Part shown: positions 46,281 through 56,258 of the stretch, piece after piece | Layout: each line of letters starts with the position of its first letter | Position numbering within the stretch: the first letter of the stretch is position 1 | Translations under genes and position numbers: made by a program | Assembly: GCA_017480745.1 (NCBI GenBank) | Contig: JAFUSA010000025.1 | Span: 22,122 to 86,121 of the forward strand | Length of the DNA: 64,000 nucleotides | Reading direction: 5' to 3' | Origin: Alphaproteobacteria bacterium | GTDB taxonomy: Bacteria > Pseudomonadota > Alphaproteobacteria > RF32 > CAG-239 | Notes under the pieces: model-generated | What the model was told of the DNA's origin: nothing | What the model saw: the letters and a program-made list of their open reading frames with translations, nothing else | The model's database searches: none

Positions 46281-46330
46281 GCTTTGAATAAATGTAATTC
46301 CATCGGTCATTCTATGCTGTTTTTTTAAGA

Positions 46331-48145
46331 TTATTGTCCGGAATCATCATCTTTAATATGGAGAGAACCTTCAATAATGGTCAACTTTTCGTATGGCATA
46401 TCATATTTAGGAGAGGCAATGTCAAAGGTTGAATTTTCGTTTGGAATATTGCTTATGCCTAAAATATGCGCTATAGAATTATATAACAAATCGCTGGTCC
46501 AATATTTTTCATGATTATTTTTCAACGCTTCCAGAATTTCCGGATGTTTAGCGGCATATTTATCTGAAAACACTGTAACCAACGGAATATGCGACATATT
46601 CCACGTGAATTTGGAATAATCATGTGTTAACCCCTTATCGGGATCTTCGCCATGATCAGACAAAAAGATAAATGACATAAAGTCAGGATGTTGTTTCGCT
46701 TTTTCATATAGCAATGAAAGCACATAATCGTTATATAACACGCAGTTGTCATACGAATCCACACGTGCGTCATCACCATCGGTAAATTTTTCAAATTCGG
46801 AAGGATAGCGGTCTATATAAACGGCATGGCACCCCATTAAATGGAAAATTATAAAAGTTTTTTGCCCTTGTGGTAACGCCGGAAATTGCTCTGCTAATTT
46901 TTCGTCATAATAAGTAGTAAGTGACTTGTGCCCGATATAATCATTGATATATATACGATGTTTAGCCGCATTAGCAACGGCTGTAATCGGTGTATCATAA
47001 GTATTAAACTGTTTTTGGTTGGATATCCAATAAGTATCGTAACCGGCCGCTGAGGCAATATCGGTGATAGAATAAGAATCCAGCAATGATGTTGGTGCAT
47101 ATTGATTTTGTTCGGTTAGGGCAAATTGCACCGACATAACAGTTTGAATGTTGTTGGAATAGGCTCGCGGATAAATGATTGTATGGTTATTTTCGGCAAG
47201 CATTTTATCAAGCCACGGAGTGTTGGAACGTTTATAGCCGAAAGCCGAAAGGTGGTTGCGCATGGTGGATTCTCCCATAACCAAAACATGCAACTGAGCA
47301 TCATCATTTGTTTGCAAAATATTTTTTAATTTTTGTATGCGTGCCGAACGAGCCTTGCTGTCGGCGTTATATTCTTTATATACCCGTAGTGTTTCACTCA
47401 CCCGAATGATCATATTAACCGTAAAACAAGAGGTTGATTTCGGCAAAATAATAAGCGTCATATATGTGGCTAAAGCCATATTAAATACCAGTAATTTCAG
47501 ACATTTTGTGCGGGCAGAGATTGCTCGCATAACAAAAATAAAGATTCCGCAAATAACAAATATTGCCATAACGGAGATTGCCCACAAACAAAGATTTTGC
47601 TCAACCAAATAGGCTTTAATCTCTTCCGGATTTGTTTGGAATAAGGTTAGTAAAATGTTGGACGACAACAAATGACCTTCACTGACAACAAAATAACCTA
47701 TTACCAATAAAGCAGGTAACATAGAAAGTGCAAACAACGATAAAATTATAAATCTGGCAATTTTTTGCACCCAAGATTTTTTAATATAGTCAGAGGCATA
47801 AAATAAAACAGAAAATACGGCATAAAAAATAGTTCCCACACCCAAAGTTTGAATAATTTCCCGTTCAGAAAGCACCATATCGGCTCCTATTTTGCAAAAA
47901 GCGGCTCCGCTCCATATTAGTGCGATTATTATGTAAAAGACGGTATTTTTGCGTGAAAAATTCCACAAAGAACAAACAGAGGCAAACAAAACCGCATATA
48001 AAATTTGATAGCCTTGTTGCGTTAATAAATTAAGCGAGCCGGCGGTGGTAAACAGCCTTAAAAACATAATGAAAAAATAAAATGCAAAAAAATAACCAAG
48101 AGCACGGATAAAGTTTTTGTTTTTGATAAATTGTTTAATATTCAT
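46331..48145 (-). CDS. Phosphoethanolamine transferase (EptA/sulfatase family) membrane protein
   Basis: 604 aa with a multi-TM N-terminal half, then VLVMGESTMRNHLSAFGYKRSNTPWLD, HLMGCHAVYIDRYP, YDNCVLYNDY and LSDHGED, the sulfatase/EptA motifs. Confidence 0.75.
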   Translation of the reverse strand: MNIKQFIKNKNFIRALGYFFAFYFFIMFLRLFTTAGSLNLLTQQGYQILYAVLFASVCSLWNFSRKNTVFYIIIALIWSGAAFCKIGADMVLSEREIIQTLGVGTIFYAVFSVLFYASDYIKKSWVQKIARFIILSLFALSMLPALLVIGYFVVSEGHLLSSNILLTLFQTNPEEIKAYLVEQNLCLWAISVMAIFVICGIFIFVMRAISARTKCLKLLVFNMALATYMTLIILPKSTSCFTVNMIIRVSETLRVYKEYNADSKARSARIQKLKNILQTNDDAQLHVLVMGESTMRNHLSAFGYKRSNTPWLDKMLAENNHTIIYPRAYSNNIQTVMSVQFALTEQNQYAPTSLLDSYSITDIASAAGYDTYWISNQKQFNTYDTPITAVANAAKHRIYINDYIGHKSLTTYYDEKLAEQFPALPQGQKTFIIFHLMGCHAVYIDRYPSEFEKFTDGDDARVDSYDNCVLYNDYVLSLLYEKAKQHPDFMSFIFLSDHGEDPDKGLTHDYSKFTWNMSHIPLVTVFSDKYAAKHPEILEALKNNHEKYWTSDLLYNSIAHILGISNIPNENSTFDIASPKYDMPYEKLTIIEGSLHIKDDDSGQ

Positions 48146-48352
48146 TTTTGCAGTCCGGAGTATTTAATTTGAAATATTGTCCAGCTATATGCCTATGTAA
48201 AAAATATGTCAATAAAAAACAGCATTATATTCATTCTCTGCCATAGACGATTCAGGTAATATTTTCTAAAAAAATTTACTTTATTTATAAAATATTAAGC
48301 AAAAAGGAATTAGATATAATGAGCTTAGTTTGTAAAAAAAAGGAAATTGGCG

Positions 48353-48970
48353 ATGAATAATGCAAAGATTTTAAATAGTTCACTGGTGCCGATGGTGGTT
48401 GAGCAAACCCCAAAGGGAGAACGTTCGTTTGATATCTTTTCTCGTTTGTTAAAAGAACGTATTATCTTTTTAACCGGCGAGGTTAATGATGAAGTTTCGG
48501 CTTTGGTTTGTGCCCAGCTGTTGTTTTTGGAGGCCGAAAATCCCAAAAAAGATATTGCCTTATATATCAATTCACCGGGTGGAGTGGTAACTTCCGGTTT
48601 GGCAATGTATGACACAATGCGCTATATTTCTTGTGATGTGGCAACAATATGTGTGGGACAAGCTTGCTCTATGGGTTCGTTTTTGCTGGCAGGCGGAACA
48701 AAAGGCAAGCGTTATTCCTTGCCTAATTCGCAAATTATGATTCATCAGCCTTCCGGAGGTGCCAAAGGACAGGCAACGGATATTGAAATTCAGGCTAAAT
48801 TGATTTTGGATTTGCGTAAACGTTTGAACGCAATTTATGCCGAAAACACAGGTCAAAAATTGGCGGTTATTGAAAAAGCCATGGACCGAGATAATTTTAT
48901 GACTCCGGAAGAGGCCTTAAAATTCGGTTTGATTGACCATATTATCAGCAATCGTGAAGAAATAAAGTAG
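48353..48970 (+). CDS. clpP: ATP-dependent Clp protease proteolytic subunit
   Basis: [29 protein letters not shown]...[18 protein letters not shown]...[11 protein letters not shown]...IMIHQPSGG. The ATG at 48353 after AAGGAAA is preferred to the TTG at 48347. Confidence 0.95.
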   Translation: MNNAKILNSSLVPMVVEQTPKGERSFDIFSRLLKERIIFLTGEVNDEVSALVCAQLLFLEAENPKKDIALYINSPGGVVTSGLAMYDTMRYISCDVATICVGQACSMGSFLLAGGTKGKRYSLPNSQIMIHQPSGGAKGQATDIEIQAKLILDLRKRLNAIYAENTGQKLAVIEKAMDRDNFMTPEEALKFGLIDHIISNREEIK

Positions 48971-48977
48971 GTGAAAA

Positions 48978-50240
48978 ATGAGTGATAAAGATGACGAAAT
49001 ATTGCACTGTTCGTTTTGCGGTAAAAGCCAAAAAGAAGTAAAAAAATTAGTAGCCGGACGAGGTGTTTACATTTGTAATGAATGTATTGATGTTTGCCAT
49101 ACCATAATGGAAGAGGAACCGGAAATATTCGGCAAAGATGGAGAGGAAAATAAAGAAGAGGTTATCGATGAGTTACCGACTCCGTCTAAAATAAAAGAGT
49201 TTTTGGATGAATATGTTATTGGTCAGGATTATCCGAAAAAAGTGCTTTCGGTAGCGGTTTATAACCATTATAAGCGTTTGAATAACCCTAACAAGGATAA
49301 AGTTGATATTACCAAATCAAATGTTATTTTAATCGGTTCAACCGGATGTGGCAAAACTTTGTTGGCACAAACATTGGCAAAAGTTTTGAATGTTCCGTTT
49401 GCTATTGCCGATGCCACTACCTTAACCGAAGCCGGCTATGTTGGTGAAGATGTGGAAAATATTGTGCTTAAATTAGTGCAAAATGCCAATTATGACATAG
49501 AAAAAGCTCAGCGCGGAATAATTTATATTGATGAAATTGATAAAATTTCGCGCAAGGGTGATGGGCCGTCAATTACTCGCGATGTATCCGGCGAAGGTGT
49601 GCAGCAGGCATTGCTGAAAATTATTGAAGGTACTGTGGCAAATGTTCCTCCGCAAGGCGGGCGTAAGCATCCGCAACAGGAATTTTTGCATGTAGATACC
49701 ACCAATATTCTGTTTATATGCGGTGGTGCGTTTGCCGGATTGGAAAAAATTGTGGAAAAACACGGCACCGAAAGCAGTAATTCCATAGGTTTTGGTGCCA
49801 AGGTGGACAAAGATGATAAGACAATCGGTCAAATATTAAAAGATGTGCGTCCGGAAGATTTGGTAAAATACGGACTTATTCCGGAGTTTACCGGTCGTGT
49901 TCCGGTGATTGCCACTTTGGATGATTTGGATGAAGACGCACTGATTAAGGTTTTAACCGAGCCTAAAAATGCTTTGGTCAGTCAATATAAATATTTATTT
50001 GATATGGATAATGTCAAGTTAACTATTACCAACAAAGCTCTGTTATCTATTGCCAAATTAGCCATCAAGCGCAAAACGGGCGCTCGTGGGTTGCGTGCCA
50101 TTATGGAAGAAATTTTGATGGAATGGATGTATGAACTTCCGGATAAAAAAGATGTGACAGAAATTATAATTGATGAAAAAGTGGTTGAAGGCAAATCTAA
50201 ACCTAAATTGGTCAAACAAGAGGTTAAACAGAGTGCATAA
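48978..50240 (+). CDS. clpX: ATP-dependent Clp protease ATP-binding subunit ClpX
   Basis: N-terminal zinc finger [26 protein letters not shown], Walker [12 protein letters not shown], and [10 protein letters not shown]. Confidence 0.95.
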   Translation: MSDKDDEILHCSFCGKSQKEVKKLVAGRGVYICNECIDVCHTIMEEEPEIFGKDGEENKEEVIDELPTPSKIKEFLDEYVIGQDYPKKVLSVAVYNHYKRLNNPNKDKVDITKSNVILIGSTGCGKTLLAQTLAKVLNVPFAIADATTLTEAGYVGEDVENIVLKLVQNANYDIEKAQRGIIYIDEIDKISRKGDGPSITRDVSGEGVQQALLKIIEGTVANVPPQGGRKHPQQEFLHVDTTNILFICGGAFAGLEKIVEKHGTESSNSIGFGAKVDKDDKTIGQILKDVRPEDLVKYGLIPEFTGRVPVIATLDDLDEDALIKVLTEPKNALVSQYKYLFDMDNVKLTITNKALLSIAKLAIKRKTGARGLRAIMEEILMEWMYELPDKKDVTEIIIDEKVVEGKSKPKLVKQEVKQSA

Positions 50241-50258
50241 ACAAACCCAAAAGAGTAA

Positions 50259-50286
50259 ATGTCGGCGCCGTTAAAAGCGCCGACAT
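50259..50286. terminator. Bidirectional terminator between clpX and paralog 6
   Basis: ATGTCGGCGC-cgttaaaa-GCGCCGACAT, a 10-bp stem. Confidence 0.7.
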
Positions 50287-50303
50287 TTTGCGTTCAAAAG
50301 TGT

Positions 50304-50954
50304 TTAATAAAAAGTATGCTCAAATGTTTCAGTTCCATCAAAAGATAAAAATAGATATTCTCTTGTTCGATTAGAGCAGATAGTTTGTGCCACAGCTATA
50401 TCCGGAGTTGACATACAGTTTGGATTTGGCGCGTATGCACAAATATATTTTGCACCTGTGGCAGACCAATCTTGACTCATTAAATCAATACACGCTTCTT
50501 CCGGTACCTCATCATAATATATACAAAAATACCCTTTGCCTTGATCAACTTGATTTTCATTGCTGTGTGCAAATCCAGTCAAATCGACATTTCCACCGAA
50601 TGGATTAGTCATAGCGGTAATATTGCCATCTGAATCCAAAGTTAACATTTCATCCGGCACAAGTTTGGCTTTTTTAATTATTGTCATTTTATCATTACTA
50701 TTCAAATCTGCGTAACTTCTCTGATTTGCAAAAAATGTATGAATATTACCGGCAATGAGAGTTATTTGCTCAATGGTTTTGTTAATGCGATACTTCATCA
50801 TTGCTTTGCTATATCCGGCGATTCCACCAACGCTCAAAACACCGATAATTGCTAAAACACCCAACATCTCAATCATTGAACGACCGCTCTGCACGCTTTT
50901 CGTCATTGCGAGCGCAGCGTGGCAATCATTATTTTTTATTTCTAAGTTTCTCAT
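50304..50954 (-). CDS. Prepilin-like protein, paralog 6 of 7 (24-aa leader peptide)
   Basis: MRNLEIKNNDCHAALAMTKSVQSG|RSMIEMLGVLAIIGVLSVGGIAGYSKAMMKYRINKTIEQITLIAGNIHTFF. Family motifs KKAKLVPDEM, NPFGG and EEACIDLMSQDW are present. Confidence 0.78.
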   Translation of the reverse strand: MRNLEIKNNDCHAALAMTKSVQSGRSMIEMLGVLAIIGVLSVGGIAGYSKAMMKYRINKTIEQITLIAGNIHTFFANQRSYADLNSNDKMTIIKKAKLVPDEMLTLDSDGNITAMTNPFGGNVDLTGFAHSNENQVDQGKGYFCIYYDEVPEEACIDLMSQDWSATGAKYICAYAPNPNCMSTPDIAVAQTICSNRTREYLFLSFDGTETFEHTFY

Positions 50955-51192
50955 AATAAACTTCCTTTCATTTTTGTTGTTATTACATTAAAATAACCGC
51001 CCACTGAGGCGGTCGGAAGTTGAAAGCTATTACAACATAAATAGTGTCGCATATTAGTACAAACCTATTCTGCAACCTTCCGACCGTAGTCGGAAATTTA
51101 ACGCCTTTAAGGCGATGTTGTAAGAGGCTTTCAAACCTCAGACAAGTTACCTCATCATGAGTTTACTATACCATAAAAAATCTAAAAGTCAA
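50955..51192 (-). promoter_or_regulatory. Promoter plus conserved structured 5' leader of paralog 6
   Basis: On the minus strand: TTGACT (51192-51187), N16, TGgTATAGT (-10 at 51170-51165). Hairpins are GAGGT/GCCTC, CGCC/GGCG, TTCCGAC/GTCGGAA, distal CTTCCGAC and CCGCC-tcagtg-GGCGG (50997-51012), followed by AAAGGAAGTTTATT-ATG. Confidence 0.7.
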
Positions 51193-51219
51193 ACTGTTTT
51201 TAGGAAAATCAGCAAAAAT

Positions 51220-51732
51220 CTACATTGCACCGGTTAAAGAGTTAACTGACACCGTGGCGACGATACATATTACCCAACATATCGTTGTATATATCAGCGG
51301 ATATTTCAGCAAAGGACTGCGCAAACTCATATCTGCTTCCGGCTTGCTCGGCAAAACACACAATAGCAAAATCATCGTATAAAAAAAACTCATAACGTAT
51401 CCGGTATATTGTCCGATAATAATATCCTGCGATATTGGAACAATATGCTCCACACTTCTCCTTATAATGCACATAGTGTAACAAACAACAAAAAATGTTC
51501 CTTTCATATTAGCGTCGCGGCTCCGCTTTTGAATAGCCGCTAATGCCGGATAAAAAAGCAATAATTCTGCAATATATGCAAGCATGGAGGCTCCGATTTC
51601 TTGAACCAAGCGATTACACAAATAAATCAAACTCAAAACCCAAATCATCATCGGTTGTGTAGTACGCCCCTCAAAAGAAAATATTTCTTTTAATTCTTTT
51701 TTGCCTAATAAATCCTTTGGATATTTCATCAT
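51220..51732 (-). CDS. DUF805-like integral membrane protein
   Basis: FSFEGRTTQPMMIWVL resembles the DUF805 F.F.GR..R..YW motif. There are four or five TM helices. Confidence 0.4.
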   Translation of the reverse strand: MMKYPKDLLGKKELKEIFSFEGRTTQPMMIWVLSLIYLCNRLVQEIGASMLAYIAELLLFYPALAAIQKRSRDANMKGTFFVVCYTMCIIRRSVEHIVPISQDIIIGQYTGYVMSFFYTMILLLCVLPSKPEADMSLRSPLLKYPLIYTTICWVICIVATVSVNSLTGAM

Positions 51733-51793
51733 GGATCTCCTACTTCTATTAAGTATATACTAATATATACCTAATAGAAGTCAATATATAAAA

Positions 51794-52369
51794 TTATTTT
51801 TTACTTGAATAATAATTCATAAGAGCCGCATCAACATCTATAAAATGATTCGTTAATTTATTTAAGTTTCCCACTCCTGCTTGATCAGCTCTATTTTGTA
51901 ATTTGCGTTGTCGATCAGTATACGAATTATTCATATCTGTATCAATAATCTCTCCGTATATACCACCGGTAAGACCATTGGCGAATCTTTCTAATCCGCC
52001 GAATATACCTTCTCCCAAACCAGAAATAGCACTTGTCGGAACTCCATTAAAATTGGAATTTTCCCAATTATGACTTATATTTTTAGTAGCATCATACACA
52101 TTATCAATATAACTTGCCATGCTATTGCTGTATTTTTGCAAATCAGGTGGTGTGGAGGTAATGTAATATTGCTCCTGTTTCGGCATTGTTATCTGATATT
52201 GCTCTTGAATAGCAGTTTGAGCCGGCACTTCATTTTGAGGCTGAGATTCATTATACCACGTAAAATTACCGATATCGGTTTGCAATGTTTGCGGATTACT
52301 TAAATATCCATTTTCGCGCATTACACGCTCTACTGTTTCATGAACAGTCTCCGGTTTTCCTTTATACAT
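51794..52369 (-). CDS. Hypothetical protein, possibly phage-derived
   Basis: The start is set at ATG 52369 (MYKGKPETV...) after AAGGAT. It lies immediately downstream of the terminase gene. No family recognised. Confidence 0.4.
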   Translation of the reverse strand: MYKGKPETVHETVERVMRENGYLSNPQTLQTDIGNFTWYNESQPQNEVPAQTAIQEQYQITMPKQEQYYITSTPPDLQKYSNSMASYIDNVYDATKNISHNWENSNFNGVPTSAISGLGEGIFGGLERFANGLTGGIYGEIIDTDMNNSYTDRQRKLQNRADQAGVGNLNKLTNHFIDVDAALMNYYSSKK

Positions 52370-52521
52370 TTTAATATCCTTTAAAAAACGAAAGCTGTGT
52401 GCAAACAACACACGACTTATACTGTTGTGAAAAAATAAGCGAAACAAATCCTTTCTTCTTGTTTCACTATAACTAACAAAACAATGTAACTATTTTTTCC
52501 TAAATCATCTTTATCATCTCC

Positions 52522-53841
52522 TTACCATGAATTGTTATTGTGTTTAATCTGAAACAGACTTTCAATGCTGTTTTCCGGCGGAATTCCATGCTCGGCATAA
52601 CTATTGTCATACACAGGCTCGGCGAATGTAAGCGCCAATGCATCGGCAAAATCTGGTGAATGTCCCAAACGCTTTTTTATCTCGTCTTTTTCTTCTAATT
52701 GCAGGCGTCCGCGACTGTCATATTTTTTATTCACCGCACATAGCTCGGCCAATAATCTTTCGTCATATGGAATTTTAACGCAGGCTTCTTGTTGCAACCA
52801 TATTCGCAGTTCGTCCCACATTTCTGCCCGACGGTTATGATAACGATCATCGGCAACGGCTTTTGCTCCAAACATTACGGGTCGCACAATTTTTTTAAAT
52901 CCGCGATCAAGCAAAATATCTACCACTCCGCCGCCGACACCTCCGGCATCAATAAAAACACGCATCGGATTATATTCACGAATGTAACGGGTTGCTTGAT
53001 TTGCCACAGCCACATTATCTAACTTCGCAAAACTCATAAATTCGGAACAAACACGCCCGCGTCTGAAACAAAATACACTTTTATCATCGCCGAAACGGGC
53101 TACATCAAGTCCTATAATTAACGGAGAATGTGTAATAAGTCCGCAATTTTCCGTCGCTCGTCGCACATCAGCATAAGCTATAAGCTTATAATCTCCGGCA
53201 GAACGAGGCGCTCCTAACCATATATGCTCATAATCTTGCGGGTTTTCACGTTTGCATTTTTCGGCCAAATAGCGCATTTCTTCCGGACAAAACGGATTAT
53301 CTTGATAGTTTACTTTAACAATTAAAGTGTGTTCGTCAGGGTTAATGGCAAGTGCTTGCCAAATAGGGTCATTTTCTTCTTCACGGTTCATCGAAATCCA
53401 AATTTCCGAACCTGTCTTGCGAATGGTCGGATCTAACACTTCCCAACTGCGACGACTGATTTTTTGCGCCTCTTCCAGCCAAACAATATCAATACCTTCA
53501 AGCGATTTTATATTTGCGGCATTTTGTTCTTGCAAACCCTTAAAAATAAAGCTTGTGCCGCTGATTTGGTTAATTATTTGAGTTTCTGTGGTTTTATAAT
53601 CGCTCAGTTCATAAAAAGCTATGCGATCACACAGCAATTTATGCACGGAATCTTTAATACTCTCTTGCACCTCACGCATACAGGCGATGCGCAGTTTTTT
53701 CATACGACCTAAAAACAACAAGCTGTCTGCAAAGGCATATGACTTTCCGCCGGCTCGTCCGCCATAAAAAAGTTTATACCTCTTCTTTTGACGTATCAGC
53801 GGGGCAAATATCTCCGGTATTTGTGCTGTTTTCTCTTTCAT
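52522..53841 (-). CDS. Phage terminase large subunit (PBSX/Terminase_3-like)
   Basis: 439 aa with Walker A YKLFYGGRAGGKSYAF, Walker B-like IVWLEEAQ, and a C-terminal nuclease-like region with LDVARFGDD ... FIDAGGVGGGVVD. Confidence 0.8.
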   Translation of the reverse strand: MKEKTAQIPEIFAPLIRQKKRYKLFYGGRAGGKSYAFADSLLFLGRMKKLRIACMREVQESIKDSVHKLLCDRIAFYELSDYKTTETQIINQISGTSFIFKGLQEQNAANIKSLEGIDIVWLEEAQKISRRSWEVLDPTIRKTGSEIWISMNREEENDPIWQALAINPDEHTLIVKVNYQDNPFCPEEMRYLAEKCKRENPQDYEHIWLGAPRSAGDYKLIAYADVRRATENCGLITHSPLIIGLDVARFGDDKSVFCFRRGRVCSEFMSFAKLDNVAVANQATRYIREYNPMRVFIDAGGVGGGVVDILLDRGFKKIVRPVMFGAKAVADDRYHNRRAEMWDELRIWLQQEACVKIPYDERLLAELCAVNKKYDSRGRLQLEEKDEIKKRLGHSPDFADALALTFAEPVYDNSYAEHGIPPENSIESLFQIKHNNNSW

Positions 53842-54049
53842 TTATAAAATCCACCAATATTTTTGTTAAATGTTCGTTGCTTAATTGACAATCGGTATTT
53901 GCCTGCAAAGATGCAAGTTTGCATTTTAGCTCTTCGGCTTTTAAAGCAAGGTTGATATTACCTTCTTCTATTGCCATTTTTTGCAGTTTATTCAACATTT
54001 TAAAGCTATCTTTAAACGAATAAACCACTGTCAGAGTGCCTCTTGACAT
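53774..54049 (-). CDS. Small hypothetical protein upstream of the terminase (possible small terminase subunit)
   Basis: 91-aa ORF, helical (LNKLQKMAIEEGNINLALKAEELKCKLASLQ), whose 3' end overlaps the terminase start by 68 nt. Confidence 0.3.
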   Translation of the reverse strand: MSRGTLTVVYSFKDSFKMLNKLQKMAIEEGNINLALKAEELKCKLASLQANTDCQLSNEHLTKILVDFINERENSTNTGDICPADTSKEEV

Positions 54050-54518
54050 TATTTTTCTCCTTAAAGTTATGAATATTTGTTTTTATGAATATTGTTACAG
54101 TTTTTTTTAAGTGTTTCTAAAGCTCTAAAAATAAGAATATTCTTTGGCACTTAAAGTTATTGTTTTTCTGCATTATGTATTGTTCACTAAACGATGTTTT
54201 TTTGCTGTTTGTGCTTGTATTTTGCCACAAAAATATCCTCCGATTCCGGCGTATAAAACACTTAAAATCCAAGCAATTAAGAATAATATTATTTACTCCT
54301 CAAAAATTAAAGGTTATCAAGTGGAAAAAATAAAAAAAGCGAAGTCCGAAAACTTCGTTTGCTTTGTAAATATCTTTAAATACAAAAATGCAGTATAATA
54401 AATTTCTTAGCATAAAAGTTACAAAATGTCAAGGCATATATTATCGCTTGTTCATAAAATGTTTCTTTCAGGCAAAAAGCTTCACCGGCGCTCTTTTATC
54501 AACGCCGGCGGATTTAAT

Positions 54519-54764
54519 TTATTCCATTAATTCGCGAGTATATTGTTCAGTAGTGTCGTTAAGGTTTTGCAACGCATTGTCTGTCATATCTTGCACCTGC
54601 TGCATTCCGTTTTGAGCCATGTTATCCACGGAATTTGAGATATTCTCTCCCATATGTTGCAAATTACTTCTTATCGTTTCTTGATTATTTTCAATAATCT
54701 GCCAAACCGTAAAAACACCAAAACCAACCGCCAAATATATGGCTAACTTTATAACACGAAACAT
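54519..54764 (-). CDS. Small membrane-anchored protein (hypothetical)
   Basis: The ATG at 54764 is preceded by GGAGGG. MFRVIKLAIYLAVGFGVFTVWQII is followed by a Gln/Asn-rich helical tail. 81 aa. Confidence 0.5.
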   Translation of the reverse strand: MFRVIKLAIYLAVGFGVFTVWQIIENNQETIRSNLQHMGENISNSVDNMAQNGMQQVQDMTDNALQNLNDTTEQYTRELME

Positions 54765-54817
54765 TGTATCCCTCCCCACAATGAAATAATGGCGAACACA
54801 ATATTTACAAGCCATAG

Positions 54818-56035
54818 CTAAACTATATGTTTAGCGCGAAATTCGTTATATTTTTGCAAAAAATTTTTATCTTTGGGTAATTTATAAAAATCAGGCATAT
54901 CTTGTGCACATATTTTGCGTTGAATGCGGTAGTTTCTGATGAGAGAGGCTGCTGCCACACTGTATTCTTCAATTTGTTCGGCGCTGATTTCTTTGGCTCG
55001 TCCAAACATATCGCACCGACAAGCGCGTATATAATCAAGCAATCTTTGCCAATGCTTATATCCGCTCAATCTACGGATAAACTTTACCAATGTGATGTTG
55101 TTCATTTGCGGAATCTGGCGCAGTTTCATGTGGTTTTCCGCCACCAACACGGCAAAATCTCTAAATTCGTGCGGAACTTTTAATCGTTGACTTATTTCCA
55201 ATACTAACTTACGTCCCTCACGGTCATGCCCGTGATGATGAGGCCATAATTCCGGCGGAGTTTTGGCTTTTCCGGAATCGTGTAACAATAAAGCGTATTT
55301 AAGTAAAGGAGATAAATTAGCCCCCTGATGCAAAACTAACAATGTGTGTGCACCGCTGTTACCCTCCGGATGATAGTCTGTTCGTTCAGGAATTTGCCAC
55401 AGCACGTCAATTTCCGGCAAAATCACTTTTAATGCACCGCATTCGCGCATATAGATGATAAACTTGTCAAAATATACAGTTTTCATGGCAGTTTCAAATT
55501 CTTTCCATATCCGCTCGGCGGTTAAGTGATTAAGCATTCCGTTTTGCACCATTTTTTTTGCTAAATCCATAGTTTCCGGCGCAATGGCAAAATTCAGTTT
55601 TGCCGCAAAACGGCACATTCGCAACACTCGTAGAGGATCTTCAATAAAATGTTCGGCGTTGATGTGACGAATTATTTTATTTTCAATATCCCGCACACCG
55701 CCTACCAAATCAATAATTTTTTGGGTATTTTCATCGTATAGAAGGGCATTACAGGTAAAATCTCGCCGCACAACATCTTCTTGCGGAGTGATATCAGGTC
55801 CGAATGTAAAGCGAAAACTGGTGTGTTTGTCGCCGATTTTTTCCTCCTTGCGTGCCAAAGCATATTCATCTTTGCTTTCAGGGTGCAGAAAAACAGGAAA
55901 ATCCTTACCCACCTGTTTAAAACCTTTTTGCAACATATCTTCAACAGTGGCTCCAAACACTACATAATCCCTATCGTGTGGCGTCTTTTGTAAAACCATA
56001 TCACGAACTGCCCCGCCGACTAAATATATTTGCAT
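54818..56035 (-). CDS. cca: CCA-adding tRNA nucleotidyltransferase with an HD domain
   Basis: MQIYLVGGAVRDMVL...DRDYVVFG...RRDFTCNAL...EDPLRVLRMCRFAAKL...LLHDSGKAKTPPELWPHHHGHDREG aligns along its length with E. coli Cca as I recall it. The ATG at 56035 was chosen by homology. Confidence 0.9.
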   Translation of the reverse strand: MQIYLVGGAVRDMVLQKTPHDRDYVVFGATVEDMLQKGFKQVGKDFPVFLHPESKDEYALARKEEKIGDKHTSFRFTFGPDITPQEDVVRRDFTCNALLYDENTQKIIDLVGGVRDIENKIIRHINAEHFIEDPLRVLRMCRFAAKLNFAIAPETMDLAKKMVQNGMLNHLTAERIWKEFETAMKTVYFDKFIIYMRECGALKVILPEIDVLWQIPERTDYHPEGNSGAHTLLVLHQGANLSPLLKYALLLHDSGKAKTPPELWPHHHGHDREGRKLVLEISQRLKVPHEFRDFAVLVAENHMKLRQIPQMNNITLVKFIRRLSGYKHWQRLLDYIRACRCDMFGRAKEISAEQIEEYSVAAASLIRNYRIQRKICAQDMPDFYKLPKDKNFLQKYNEFRAKHIV

Positions 56036-56258
56036 CTTATTTTCCATGCACTGAGATATAACATTATAATGCAAAAAAATAAAGCAAATTTTTAGGCTTT
56101 TAAACGTTTTGACGGGTTATTTTCGGAATGACTTATTAAAGTAAGTTTAAATTAAGCAAATTTTGTGCAATTTTTTTGCAAAAATGCACAAAAAGACTGG
56201 ACAAAATGTAAAAAGTATGTTATAAATGTATATATAAACTTTATATGGAGTTGTTATA

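Larger units (their letters stand above)
51794..54049 (-). mobile_element. Prophage or GTA-like remnant containing only a terminase module
   Basis: An intact terminase large subunit, an overlapping small upstream ORF and one unknown downstream ORF. I saw no portal, capsid, tail, integrase or att repeats in the flanks. Confidence 0.4.

Noticed and set aside
54173-54292. Minus-strand 39-codon hydrophobic ORF (I)ILFLIAWILSVLYAGIGGYFCGKIQAQTAKKHRLVNNT with AGGAG 6 nt upstream. It looks like a holin or a type I toxin and lies next to the terminase remnant.
   Set aside because: There is no ATG, GTG or TTG in frame after the upstream TAA; the only candidates are ATA or TTA. It cannot be supported as a gene from sequence alone, but it is worth checking with ribosome profiling.
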